From Acetobacteraceae bacterium (GTDB lineage Bacteria > Pseudomonadota > Alphaproteobacteria > Acetobacterales > Acetobacteraceae): a stretch of DNA of 64,000 bases. The position numbers and the translations under genes are program-made. The stretch's first letter is position 1. Every line of letters starts with the position of its first letter. Below the pieces are notes generated by a model. The model searched no databases. It was not told the DNA's origin and saw nothing but the letters and a program-made list of their open reading frames with translations. The DNA is taken from assembly GCA_965277495.1 (NCBI GenBank), contig OZ255824.1, positions 2,687,452 through 2,751,451 on the forward strand, read 5' to 3'. Positions 9,506 through 18,411 of this stretch are shown here, one piece after another.

Positions 9506-10441
9506 TTATTTCACCACCATCGCCGCCGCGTCCGGCTCGGCGTCGACCAGGCCCTGCGCCTTGGCCAGGCCGGACCAGTAGCTAATCTGGCCGGCGGTGG
9601 CCTCGAACTGGAAGTTCGGCATCGGCGTCTGCTCGACGGCCTGCGGCGGCAGCTTGGTGAACTTGGCGAGGATCTGCCGCGCCTGCTCGGGGTGCTCGGC
9701 AATGAAGCGCCCGGCCTCCGCCAATGACGCGCGGAAGCCAGCCACCGCTTCGGCATGGGCCTGGGCCCAATCCGCCGTACAAGTGTAAAAGGCGCTCGCG
9801 GTGCCCGCAGGCGTCGAGTTCAGCAGGTCGAAGATCGAGCGTCCGGCATGCGCGTCCACGATCCGGGTCAGGAACGGGTCGATGCTGGTGAGCGCGTCCA
9901 CCTGGTTGCTGCGCAGCGCGTCCGCCATCTGGGAGAACGACAGCTCCACGAACGTGACCCGGCGGAGGTCCACCCCGTTGTCGCCCAGCCATTTCCGCGC
10001 CAGCACGTGCAGCGCGCCATTGATCCCGGCGACCGCGACCTTCTTGCCGATCAGGTCCTGCGCCCGCTGGATCGGGCTGTCCTCGCGCACCACGATGCCG
10101 GAGTGGATGGGCGAGGGCACCACGTCGCTGGACGCGATGGCGACCAGGCCAAGCCCCGCCGCCCCCGCCTGGACCAGCGGCACCGGCGACAATGTGCCGA
10201 CCTGGCCGGACCCGGAGAACAGCGCCGCCGTGGTATAGGAGGCGTTCGGCACGACCGTGCGCTCCACCGTGAGGCCATGCCGGGCGAAGATGCCCTGGTC
10301 AATGGCGACGTAGGCGGGCAGGTAGTTGACGATGTTGGAATCGAGCAGCGTGATCCGGGTTTGCGCCGCCGTGGGCGAGGATGCGGCGATGGTCGCGAGG
10401 ATCGCCACGCCGGCGAACTTGAGTGCTATGCGCCTGAACAT
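9506..10441 (-). CDS. NitT/TauT (SsuA/THI5-like) ABC substrate-binding protein
   Basis: Signal peptide MFRRIALKFAGVAILATIAASSPTAA; YVAIDQGIFARHGL; DLIGKKVAV. Confidence 0.85.
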   Translation of the reverse strand: MFRRIALKFAGVAILATIAASSPTAAQTRITLLDSNIVNYLPAYVAIDQGIFARHGLTVERTVVPNASYTTAALFSGSGQVGTLSPVPLVQAGAAGLGLVAIASSDVVPSPIHSGIVVREDSPIQRAQDLIGKKVAVAGINGALHVLARKWLGDNGVDLRRVTFVELSFSQMADALRSNQVDALTSIDPFLTRIVDAHAGRSIFDLLNSTPAGTASAFYTCTADWAQAHAEAVAGFRASLAEAGRFIAEHPEQARQILAKFTKLPPQAVEQTPMPNFQFEATAGQISYWSGLAKAQGLVDAEPDAAAMVVK

Positions 10442-10479
10442 GCCCGGGTCTCCCTTGATTGGCTTGCCTTGGCCGGGCT

Positions 10480-11244
10480 TCATCGCGCCGCCGCCCGCCA
10501 GCGGAGCAGGCGGCCCTCGACGGCCGAAATGCCCTGCGCGCTGGCGTAGCCGAGCGCGCCCAGCAGGATCACGCCGGCGAACAGGTCCGGCGAACGGAAC
10601 GACCGCGCGGCGAGCAGAATCCAGTTGCCCAGCCCGTCATGGCCGGTCAGCATCTCACCCACTATGGCGAGGATCAGCGCGACCGTGAGGCCAAGGCGCA
10701 TCCCGGCCAGGATATCCGGCATTGAACTGGGCAGCGCGATCTTGCCGATCACCGCCAGGCGCGACATGCCCAGCGCACGGGAGACCTCATACAGCCGCGG
10801 GTCCACCGCGCCGAAGCCGTGCACCGTGGCCAGCAGCATCGGCCATAGCGCGCCGAACGCGATCACGCCGACGACCATGCCATCCGACAGGCCGAACAGC
10901 GCGATTGCGGGCGGGATGATCGCGGAGGCCGGCAGCGGGCGCAGGAATTCGAGCGTGGGGTCGAGGGCGCGGCGCGCCCGGGGCAACAGGCTGATGGCCG
11001 CCCCCAGCGCCACCCCGGCCAGGGAAGCGAGCAGCCAGCCCAGCGCCATCCGCTGGATGGTCCCGAGCAGCTTGTCCAGCAGCACCCCGGTCCCGAACCC
11101 GCGCACCAGCGCCGCCCAGGCGCGGTCCGGCCCGGGCAGGAACACCGGCGAGACGAGCCGGGCGTCGGCCGCCTGCTGCCAGAGCCAGACGAACCCAGCG
11201 GCCACCAGCACGCTGCCGATCCGCCAGAGCCAGCGCGCTTTCAT
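10480..11244 (-). CDS. NitT/TauT ABC permease
   Basis: LDPTLEFLRPLP, EVSRALGMSR...KIALPSSMP EAA-like loop. ATG 11244 overlaps the upstream stop (ATGA). Confidence 0.88.
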   Translation of the reverse strand: MKARWLWRIGSVLVAAGFVWLWQQAADARLVSPVFLPGPDRAWAALVRGFGTGVLLDKLLGTIQRMALGWLLASLAGVALGAAISLLPRARRALDPTLEFLRPLPASAIIPPAIALFGLSDGMVVGVIAFGALWPMLLATVHGFGAVDPRLYEVSRALGMSRLAVIGKIALPSSMPDILAGMRLGLTVALILAIVGEMLTGHDGLGNWILLAARSFRSPDLFAGVILLGALGYASAQGISAVEGRLLRWRAAAR

Positions 11245-12044
11245 CGTCCGCCGGGCACGGTGGCAAGGTGGCCGAATAGCCGCCCTTGCACGCCGACCAG
11301 GAGGCGGTTGAGGCCCCAGCCGACCACGCCGATCCAGGCCAGGAAAGCCAGCATCAGCGCCGGCTGCAGCGATTGCTCGGCCGAGACCAGCGCATAGCCG
11401 AGGCCTGACGGGTTGGCGGAAATCTCGCAGGTGACGGCGACGATCAGCGCCACCCCCATCGCCAGGCGCAGCGCCACGAAGATGCGGGGCATCGCCGCGG
11501 GAAGCACGATCTTGGTGATGCGCCGCACCATGCCGAAACGCAGGGCGCGCGCGACCTCGATCAAGCGCGGCTCCACCCCGGCGATGGCGGACCGGGTCAG
11601 CACCAGCACCGGCCACACGCACGCGAAGGCCACCACCGCGATCTCCATGCGGTAGCCGAAACCGTAAACCAGCAGGGCGATAGGGATCAGCGCGACCGCC
11701 GGGATCGGACGCAGCGCCTCGATCGTGACATCCATCAGGCGGTCGAGCACCGGCACGCTGCCCAGCGCCAGCCCGGCCAGCAACCCGGCCCCGCCGCCCA
11801 GCGCCAGCCCGGCGAATGCCGCGAGCAGGGTCTCGCCCGTCGCCCGCAGCAGCGAGCCGTCGCCGAGCGCGCCGATCAAGGCAATGAAGGCGGCGCTGGG
11901 CGGCGCGATGCTGTCCCACTTGACGCCGCTCCAGCCGTAGCAGGCCTCGGCCAACACCAGGGCCGCCACCGGCACAACGAGGCCGGACAGCGCGGCACGC
12001 GGCCCGGACAGCCGGCGCCATCCGGGAGGGCCGCCCTGCCTCAT
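11241..12044 (-). CDS. NitT/TauT ABC permease
   Basis: EALRPIPAVALIP, EVARALRFG...KIVLPAAMP. ATGA overlap with the ATPase stop. Confidence 0.88.
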   Translation of the reverse strand: MRQGGPPGWRRLSGPRAALSGLVVPVAALVLAEACYGWSGVKWDSIAPPSAAFIALIGALGDGSLLRATGETLLAAFAGLALGGGAGLLAGLALGSVPVLDRLMDVTIEALRPIPAVALIPIALLVYGFGYRMEIAVVAFACVWPVLVLTRSAIAGVEPRLIEVARALRFGMVRRITKIVLPAAMPRIFVALRLAMGVALIVAVTCEISANPSGLGYALVSAEQSLQPALMLAFLAWIGVVGWGLNRLLVGVQGRLFGHLATVPGGR

Positions 12045-12850
12045 GCCTCGGCGCCCTTGATGAATTCGAACAACTGCCGCCTGAGGCGGAGGAATTCCGG
12101 CGCCTCGCGCGTGGCAAGCTGGTCGCGCGGACGCGGCAGGCCCACGTCGAACAGGCGGCCGACCCGCCCGGGTCGCGGCAGCAGGCCGATCACGCGGTCA
12201 CCGAGGTAAGCCGCTTCCTCCAGGTCGTGGGTGACGAAGAAGATGGTGGCGCCCGTGCCGGCGACGATGGCGAGAATCTCGTCCTGCAGGCCTTGCCGGG
12301 TCATGGCGTCGAGCGCGCCGAACGGCTCGTCCATCAGCAGCACCGCCGGTTCCTGCGCCAGGCAGCGGGCGATCTGCAGGCGCTGCTGCATCCCGCCCGA
12401 CAGCTCGCCGGGATAGCGGGCGCCCTGCCCACTCAGGCCGACCTTGGCCAGCAGCGCCTCGATGCGGGCCGGGCGCTCCGCCCGCTTGGTGCCCAGCGAT
12501 TCCAATGCGAGCGAGACGTTTCCGGTCACCGTCCGCCAGGGCAGCAGGGCGCGTCCGTAATCCTGGAACACGATGGCGATATCCTGGCGCGGCGCGGTCA
12601 CCGGACGGCCGGCATAGGTCACGCGCCCGGCGCTGGGCTGCATCAGCCCGGCAATCAGCCGCAGCGTCGTGGTCTTCCCGCAGCCCGACGGCCCCACGAC
12701 GCACACGAACTCGCCTTTGCCGATGGTGAACGTGATGCCGCGCAGGATCTCGCTCCCGCCGATGGTCAGGCCGACGTTGTCGAAGGCGATCAGCGTCTCC
12801 CGTGCCGGGCAGCCGACGGCCGCGGCCCGCTCCGCCGCCGCAACGGTCAT
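12041..12850 (-). CDS. NitT/TauT ABC ATP-binding protein
   Basis: Walker A GPSGCGKT, signature LSGGMQQR, Walker B LLMDEPF, H-loop FVTHD. Confidence 0.92.
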   Translation of the reverse strand: MTVAAAERAAAVGCPARETLIAFDNVGLTIGGSEILRGITFTIGKGEFVCVVGPSGCGKTTTLRLIAGLMQPSAGRVTYAGRPVTAPRQDIAIVFQDYGRALLPWRTVTGNVSLALESLGTKRAERPARIEALLAKVGLSGQGARYPGELSGGMQQRLQIARCLAQEPAVLLMDEPFGALDAMTRQGLQDEILAIVAGTGATIFFVTHDLEEAAYLGDRVIGLLPRPGRVGRLFDVGLPRPRDQLATREAPEFLRLRRQLFEFIKGAEA

Positions 12851-12932
12851 GGCCCGGCGCCGTCGAAAGCGGGCCGGTCCTGCAGCCTGATCGTCGCTGG
12901 CCCCGTCACGCGCCACACCTCTCCCATCCCCG

Positions 12933-13706
12933 TCAATCCTCGAAGATCGCCACCGCCCGCGTCCATCCTGCCGAGGCGGCCTTGATCTTCACCGGCAGGC
13001 AGGAGATCAGGAATCCCGTGGGCGGCAGGGCCTCGAGGTTGTGCAGCTTCTCGATCTGGCAGTAGCCGGCTTCGCGCCCGGCCTTGTGCCCCTCCCAGAT
13101 GATGGCCGGGTCCCTCGTTTCCGTGAACCGCCGCAGCGTGTGGGAGAACGGCGCGTCCCAGCTCCAGCCGTCGGTGCCGACCACGCGGATGCCTTGCCGG
13201 ACCAAGTGCAGCGTGCCGTCGCGGCCCACGCCGCAACCGCTGTCGACGTAGTCCGTGGCGCCGTAGCGCTCGCCGGCCCTGGTGTTCAGGACCACGATCT
13301 CCAGCGGGCTCAGCACATGGCCGACGCGCGCCAGCTCCGCGTCGATCTCGCCCGGCGTGACCACGTGGCCGTCCGGCAAATGGCGGAAATCGAGCTTGAC
13401 GCCGGGCTGGCAGCACCAGTCGAGCGGGACCTCGTCGATCGTGATCGCGCGCCGTCCGTTGTCCATGGTGCTGTGGTAATGCCAGGGCGCGTCCAGGTGG
13501 GTACCGTTATGCGTGGAGATGTCCAGCCGCTCCACCGCCCAGCCTTGGCCGTCCGGCAGGTCGCTGGCCGCTAGGCCGGGGAACAGCGAAGCGAGCGCCG
13601 CCGCGGTCTGTTGGTGGGCGCTGTAGCTTATGGTCAGCCGCTGGAACGGCGGGTCTGCCGGGACATCGTTTTCGATCGGAATGGACAGGTCGACGATGCG
13701 CCTCAA
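12933..13706 (-). CDS. Cyclase family (kynurenine formamidase-like) metal-dependent hydrolase
   Basis: IVDLSIP, THNGTHLDAPWHY (HxGTHxDxPxH), VGTDGWSWD, IEKLHNL. TTG start after AAGGGG is inferred. Confidence 0.88.
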   Translation of the reverse strand: MRRIVDLSIPIENDVPADPPFQRLTISYSAHQQTAAALASLFPGLAASDLPDGQGWAVERLDISTHNGTHLDAPWHYHSTMDNGRRAITIDEVPLDWCCQPGVKLDFRHLPDGHVVTPGEIDAELARVGHVLSPLEIVVLNTRAGERYGATDYVDSGCGVGRDGTLHLVRQGIRVVGTDGWSWDAPFSHTLRRFTETRDPAIIWEGHKAGREAGYCQIEKLHNLEALPPTGFLISCLPVKIKAASAGWTRAVAIFED

Positions 13707-13728
13707 GCCCGGAATCCCCCTTGCTGCA

Positions 13729-13762
13729 TTATACGGCCGTACAGTGTTATACGACCGTATAA
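13729..13762. promoter_or_regulatory. Two tandem palindromic operators (TTATACG-NN-CGTATAA type), probable TetR sites
   Basis: TTATACGGCCGTACAG (13729-13744) and TTATACGACCGTATAA (13747-13762), 18 bp apart, between the divergent cyclase and tetR genes. Confidence 0.7.
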
Positions 13763-13831
13763 GACATCCCCGCCGGTTGGCAAGCACTGTGTTGCCGGGA
13801 CCGGGCGCGGCAACTGGATGGAGGGCGCGCA

Positions 13832-14476
13832 TTGCCGAGACCAACCGCCGAGCGGAGCAGCCGGCGCGCCGATATCCTGCACGCGGCGGAGCGGCTGTTC
13901 GCCGATAAAGGTTACCTGGGTGTCTCGATCCGCGATATCGCGAACTCCGCCTCGGTGCCGATAGCCCTGATTAGGTATTATTTCGGCCGCAAGGAGGACC
14001 TGTTCCGCACCATCTTCGAAATGCACCGCCATTACATCGACGAGCGGTGCGAGGCCATGCGCCAGGTCGCTGGACGGCCCGGCCCGGCGCGGGCCGTACG
14101 CGTCATCCGGGCCTGGACCGAGCCCGTCCTGCGCGAACGGGCCGGCAAGGCGGCGGAGGCGTTCTCGGTCATCATGGCGCGGAGCATCTGGGAGGCAGGG
14201 CCCGAGAACCGGCGGATTGTCGAGTGCTACTACGATCCATTGGCGCAAACCTTCATTTCGGCCATGTGCGAGGCGCTGCCGGCCAGCCACCGTGCGACGG
14301 TGATATGGAGCTACCAATTCGCTGTCGGCGCCCTGTTGACCTTCATTGCCGACAGCCGGGTTGAGCGCCTATCGAACGGCAGCGAAACCACGGCCGACCC
14401 GGCGCGCGGAGAACAGCTTATCGACTTCATCACGGCGGGCTTCCTTGCTTCGGCGAACCCCGGCAACAGGAGGTGA
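13832..14476 (+). CDS. TetR/AcrR family transcriptional regulator
   Basis: ILHAAERLFADKGYLGVSIRDIA...LIRYYFGRKEDL helix-turn-helix. SD GGAGG before the TTG start. Confidence 0.92.
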   Translation: MPRPTAERSSRRADILHAAERLFADKGYLGVSIRDIANSASVPIALIRYYFGRKEDLFRTIFEMHRHYIDERCEAMRQVAGRPGPARAVRVIRAWTEPVLRERAGKAAEAFSVIMARSIWEAGPENRRIVECYYDPLAQTFISAMCEALPASHRATVIWSYQFAVGALLTFIADSRVERLSNGSETTADPARGEQLIDFITAGFLASANPGNRR

Positions 14477-14581
14477 GATCAAATCAACGTGCACCCCACG
14501 TGATGGTTTATTAGGTTGCAATGCATTTAGCTTTACGCCTCGCCATTCCTGGTGTAATTTGCTCGTCAGGGTGGAAAGAAT

Positions 14582-14887
14582 ATGCGGCAATCAAGCTGGT
14601 TCAAAAGCGACGTTTCGCGACTGCGCGCTCCTCGGCAGCATGGCTCGACAATCCTTTTCGGGATCAGTGTCGCCGGAACGATTTTCGCGACTGCATTTCT
14701 GTTGTTTGACGGCTGGGTCGATGCTCTGGCCATCTATGCAATGAGCGGTCTCATGCTGATCTTGTTCCTGTCCCGGCTCACTCGGCAGCAAGCGGAACTG
14801 CAGTCAGGGGCGGCGGTCGGTACCCACCTGCACGTCCTTGGCGAAGCCAAGCCAGGCCTGGTGTTCGGACGGGCGCCGCGGGCATAG
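14582..14887 (+). CDS. Small hypothetical membrane protein (two TM helices)
   Basis: 101-aa ORF with two hydrophobic stretches after an AT-rich intergenic region. No recognised family. Confidence 0.45.
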   Translation: MRQSSWFKSDVSRLRAPRQHGSTILFGISVAGTIFATAFLLFDGWVDALAIYAMSGLMLILFLSRLTRQQAELQSGAAVGTHLHVLGEAKPGLVFGRAPRA

Positions 14888-14907
14888 AGTCGGCTATTGG
14901 CGTCGGC

Positions 14908-15105
14908 TTAATTGCCGCTTTCGCCTATCCATCCAGCAGCTTCGTCCGCCTTGGGCAGCTTCTCCGCCATGCCGAGCAACACCTCGCGCCGGTCCATCTC
15001 GGCCCACACCTCGTCGGCCGGCACGCCCAGCGCCGACCACAGCACGACCAGGTTGTAAAGCAGGTCCGCACTCTCGTTGACGAACCCGGCCCGTTCCTCG
15101 CGCTC
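14908..15105 (-). pseudogene. hisE: 5'-truncated relic of phosphoribosyl-ATP pyrophosphohydrolase
   Basis: Uncalled frame reads ERAGFVNESADLLYNLVVLWSALGVPADEVWAEMDRREVLLGMAEKLPK, matching the HisE C-terminal half (ESADLLY..V.W.E..RR). No in-frame ATG/GTG/TTG lies between the upstream TGA (15220-15222) and this motif. Confidence 0.7.
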
Positions 15106-15340
15106 GGATATGCATGACGCATATATTGCATCTTGATGAAGAAATATGGCTTCGCTGCCGGAACAAGCAACGTTTTCCGCATTCCAACTCAGGAAATTGG
15201 GACATTCGGCGGGCGTGGGTCATCGACCAAGCCAGAAACCGCCCGCGTTCGCCTGATCGAGGCTCTTGCCCCACCCTGCGATATCGTCGCATTTGTCGCG
15301 GGAACGGGACCGCCTGGCCCCGAAGCCGAGGACACACAGA

Positions 15341-16678
15341 ATGCAACGTCGCACCCTGCTGGCCGGCGCGATCTCGCTCGCCGCTACCACCGCCGCTGCG
15401 CCCGCCTTGGCTGAGGGCAGCAAAACGCGCATCGTGCTCTGGCACGCGATGGCGGCCGCCAACGGCGAGGAGGTCAACCGCCTGGTGCGCGAGTTCAACG
15501 CAAGCCAGGCAGACGTCGAGCTCGAGGCGGTGTTCAAGGGCACCTACCCGGACACGCTGACCGCCGCGATCGCCGCCTACCGCGCCGGCCAAGCACCGCA
15601 CATGGTCCAGGTCTTCGAGGTCGGCACCGGCACGATGCTCCAGGCCGGCCCAGCGGTGAAGCCGGCCTGGCAACTGGCCAAGGAGACCGGGCTCGCGCTC
15701 GACCCAAGCGCCTACATCCCCGGCGTCCGCGGCTATTACAGCCTGCCAAACGGCGACCTCGCCTCGATGCCGTTCAATTCGTCCACGGCGATCATGTGGT
15801 ACAACAAGGACGCGTTCGAGAAGGCGGGCCTCGACCCGGACGCGCCGCCCTTGGTCTGGACCGACTTCATCAAGGCGGCGCAAACCTTGGCGTCCAAGGC
15901 GCCGACCCCGATCGCCAGCACGTCGGCGTGGATGATCTGGATTCAGTTTGAGGAGTTCGCGGCCATCCACAACCTGCCCTACGCGACCGAGGACGACGGC
16001 TATAAGGGGCTGGACGCCAAGCTGCTGATCAACAGCAAACCGATGGTCGCGCAATTGCAGCGATTCTTAGATATGTCCAAGGATGGGTCGTTCAAATACA
16101 CCGGACGCGACACCGCGCCGGACCCGATCTTCTATTCCGGCCAGGCTGCCATCGGCTTCGGCTCGTCCTCGGGCCGCGCCGACATCGTGAAGAACGCCCA
16201 GTTCCGCTACGCCGAAGCGTTCCTGCCCTATGACCCCGCCATCAATCCGAAGCCGAACAACTCGATCATCGGCGGCGCAAGCCTGTGGACCATGACGGCG
16301 CCGAAGCGGAGCGAAGCCGAATACAAGGGCGTCGCCAAGTTCTTCCAGTTCATCGGCCAGCCCGAACAGGCGGCGCTGTATTCGCAGAATACCGGCTACG
16401 TGCCGGTCACCACCGCCGCCTATGAGCTGTCGAAGCAGCAAGGCTATTATACCAGAAATCCCGGCACCGACCTGCCGGTCCAGCAGCTCGCCCGCGGGAC
16501 GTTGACCGTGAACTCCCGCGGATTGCGCCTCGGACGCCTGCCGGAGATACGCAACATCGTCTACGAGGAGATCGAGAAGGCGTTGCAGGGCCAGCAGACC
16601 TCGCAACAGGCGCTGGACACCGCGGCCGAACGCGGCGACCGGGTGCTGCGCGATTTCCAGAAATCGGCGCGCGGCTGA
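15341..16678 (+). CDS. ugpB: sn-glycerol-3-phosphate ABC substrate-binding protein
   Basis: WHAM, FNASQ, QVFEVGTGTM, SMPFNSST, NSIIGGASLW, TGYVP. N-terminal export signal MQRRTLLAG. Confidence 0.9.
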   Translation: MQRRTLLAGAISLAATTAAAPALAEGSKTRIVLWHAMAAANGEEVNRLVREFNASQADVELEAVFKGTYPDTLTAAIAAYRAGQAPHMVQVFEVGTGTMLQAGPAVKPAWQLAKETGLALDPSAYIPGVRGYYSLPNGDLASMPFNSSTAIMWYNKDAFEKAGLDPDAPPLVWTDFIKAAQTLASKAPTPIASTSAWMIWIQFEEFAAIHNLPYATEDDGYKGLDAKLLINSKPMVAQLQRFLDMSKDGSFKYTGRDTAPDPIFYSGQAAIGFGSSSGRADIVKNAQFRYAEAFLPYDPAINPKPNNSIIGGASLWTMTAPKRSEAEYKGVAKFFQFIGQPEQAALYSQNTGYVPVTTAAYELSKQQGYYTRNPGTDLPVQQLARGTLTVNSRGLRLGRLPEIRNIVYEEIEKALQGQQTSQQALDTAAERGDRVLRDFQKSARG

Positions 16679-16702
16679 ATGCTCCATAGTTTGGCCTGAT
16701 GC

Positions 16703-17584
16703 GTGATGGAGCGGCGCACGCTGTTTCCCGGGCGGCTCCTGCCCGCGTTGCTGGTCCTGCCGCAGCTATTGCTGACCGCCGTGTTCTTCCTCTGGCCGGC
16801 GGGCCAGGCAATCTGGTCCAGCATGAGGCGCGAGGACGCGTTCGGCACCAGCACGCAGTTCACCGGGCTGGAGAACTTCACCGACCTGTTCGCCGACCCG
16901 CTCTATGTCGCCACCATCCAGCGGACGGTGGTGTTTTGCCTGTGCGTCGCCGTCATCTCGATGGGGGTGGCGCTGCTGCTGGCGGTGTTCGCCGACAAGG
17001 AGGTACGCGGGCGCGCGCTGTATCGCACGATGCTGATCTGGCCCTACGCGGTGGCGCCGGCCATGGCTGCCGTATTGTGGGTGCTGATGCTGCATCCGCA
17101 GATCGGCCTCATCGGCGCCTGGCTGAACCGCCACGGGGTCGCCTGGGACTACAAGCTTAACGGCCTCCAGGCGATGGCGATGGTCGTGCTGGCCAGCGCA
17201 TGGAAGCAGGTGAGCTATAACTTCATCTTCTTCTTGGCCGGCCTGCAATCGATCCCGAAGACGGTGATCGAGGCCGCGCGCATGGACGGCAGCGACGGCT
17301 TCTACCGCTTCCGCACCATCGTGCTGCCGCTGCTGATGCCGACCGTGTTCTTCCTGCTGGTGGTGAACCTGGTCTATGCGGCGTTCGACACCTTCGCCAC
17401 GGTCTATGCGCTCACCGCCGGGGGACCCGGCCAGTCCACCCAGACCATGGTGCTGAAGGTGTATTTCGACGGCGTGGTCAACGCGAACATCGGCGCGGCG
17501 GCGGCCCAATCGGTCGTGCTGATGGCGGGCGTCATCGCGCTGTCGGCCGTGCAGTTCCGCTTCCTGGGACGGGCCGCCGCGTGA
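16703..17584 (+). CDS. ugpA: sn-glycerol-3-phosphate ABC permease
   Basis: LVLPQLLLTAVFFLWPA, WPYAVAPA, WKQVSYNFIFFLAGLQSIP, EAARMDG. Confidence 0.9.
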   Translation: MMERRTLFPGRLLPALLVLPQLLLTAVFFLWPAGQAIWSSMRREDAFGTSTQFTGLENFTDLFADPLYVATIQRTVVFCLCVAVISMGVALLLAVFADKEVRGRALYRTMLIWPYAVAPAMAAVLWVLMLHPQIGLIGAWLNRHGVAWDYKLNGLQAMAMVVLASAWKQVSYNFIFFLAGLQSIPKTVIEAARMDGSDGFYRFRTIVLPLLMPTVFFLLVVNLVYAAFDTFATVYALTAGGPGQSTQTMVLKVYFDGVVNANIGAAAAQSVVLMAGVIALSAVQFRFLGRAAA

Positions 17585-18411
17585 CGGGACGGCGCGACTG
17601 GCTGGCGCATGCCGTGCTGCTGCTGGGGGTGGCGCTGTTCGCGGCGCCGGTCTGGATCGCCATTGCCGGCTCGACACAGGAGTCGGGCGCCATCGCGCGT
17701 GGCCAGGTCTCGCTGCTGCCGCGGCTGTCGGGACTAGGCGTCTATGCGGACGTGCTGCGCAATGGCGCCGCCGGCGCTGGCCCAGTATGGCGGGAACTGC
17801 TGGTGTCGGCGGCGATGGCGTTCACCATCGCAACCGGCAAGATCGCGATCTCGATCCTGTCGGCCTATGCCATCGCGTTCTTCCGGTTCCCGTTCCGCAT
17901 GACGGCGTTCTGGCTGATCTTCATCACGCTGATGCTGCCGGTGGAGGTGCGCCTGATCCCGACTTATCAGGTCATGTCCGACCTTGGGATCATCAACACG
18001 TTCACCGGGTTATGCGTGCCGTTGATCGCCTCCGCCACCGCCACGCTGCTGTTCCGCCAGACCTTCCTGGCGTTTCCGGACGAGTTGATGGAGGCGGCAC
18101 GGATAGACGGGGCCGGGCCGCTGCGCTTCCTTTGGGACATCGTCATCCCGGTCTCGGCCGCGAACATCGCCGCCCTGTTCGTGATCCTGTTCGTTTATGG
18201 CTGGAACCAATACCTCTGGCCGCTGCTGGTTGCCACCGACCCCCGGCTCGACACGGTCGTGATCGGCATCGTCAAGATGATCGGCGTCGACACCGCGACG
18301 GAGTGGAACAAGGTGATGGCGACCGCCGTGCTGGCGCTGCTGCCGCCGGTGGCGGTGGTGCTGCTGATGCAGCGCTGGTTCGTCAAGGGCCTGACGGAAG
18401 GCGACAAGTAG
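17581..18411 (+). CDS. ugpE: sn-glycerol-3-phosphate ABC permease
   Basis: GKIAISILSAYA, ITLMLPVEVR, SATATLLFRQ, EAARIDGAG, QRWFVKGL. Confidence 0.9.
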   Translation: MTGRRDWLAHAVLLLGVALFAAPVWIAIAGSTQESGAIARGQVSLLPRLSGLGVYADVLRNGAAGAGPVWRELLVSAAMAFTIATGKIAISILSAYAIAFFRFPFRMTAFWLIFITLMLPVEVRLIPTYQVMSDLGIINTFTGLCVPLIASATATLLFRQTFLAFPDELMEAARIDGAGPLRFLWDIVIPVSAANIAALFVILFVYGWNQYLWPLLVATDPRLDTVVIGIVKMIGVDTATEWNKVMATAVLALLPPVAVVLLMQRWFVKGLTEGDK

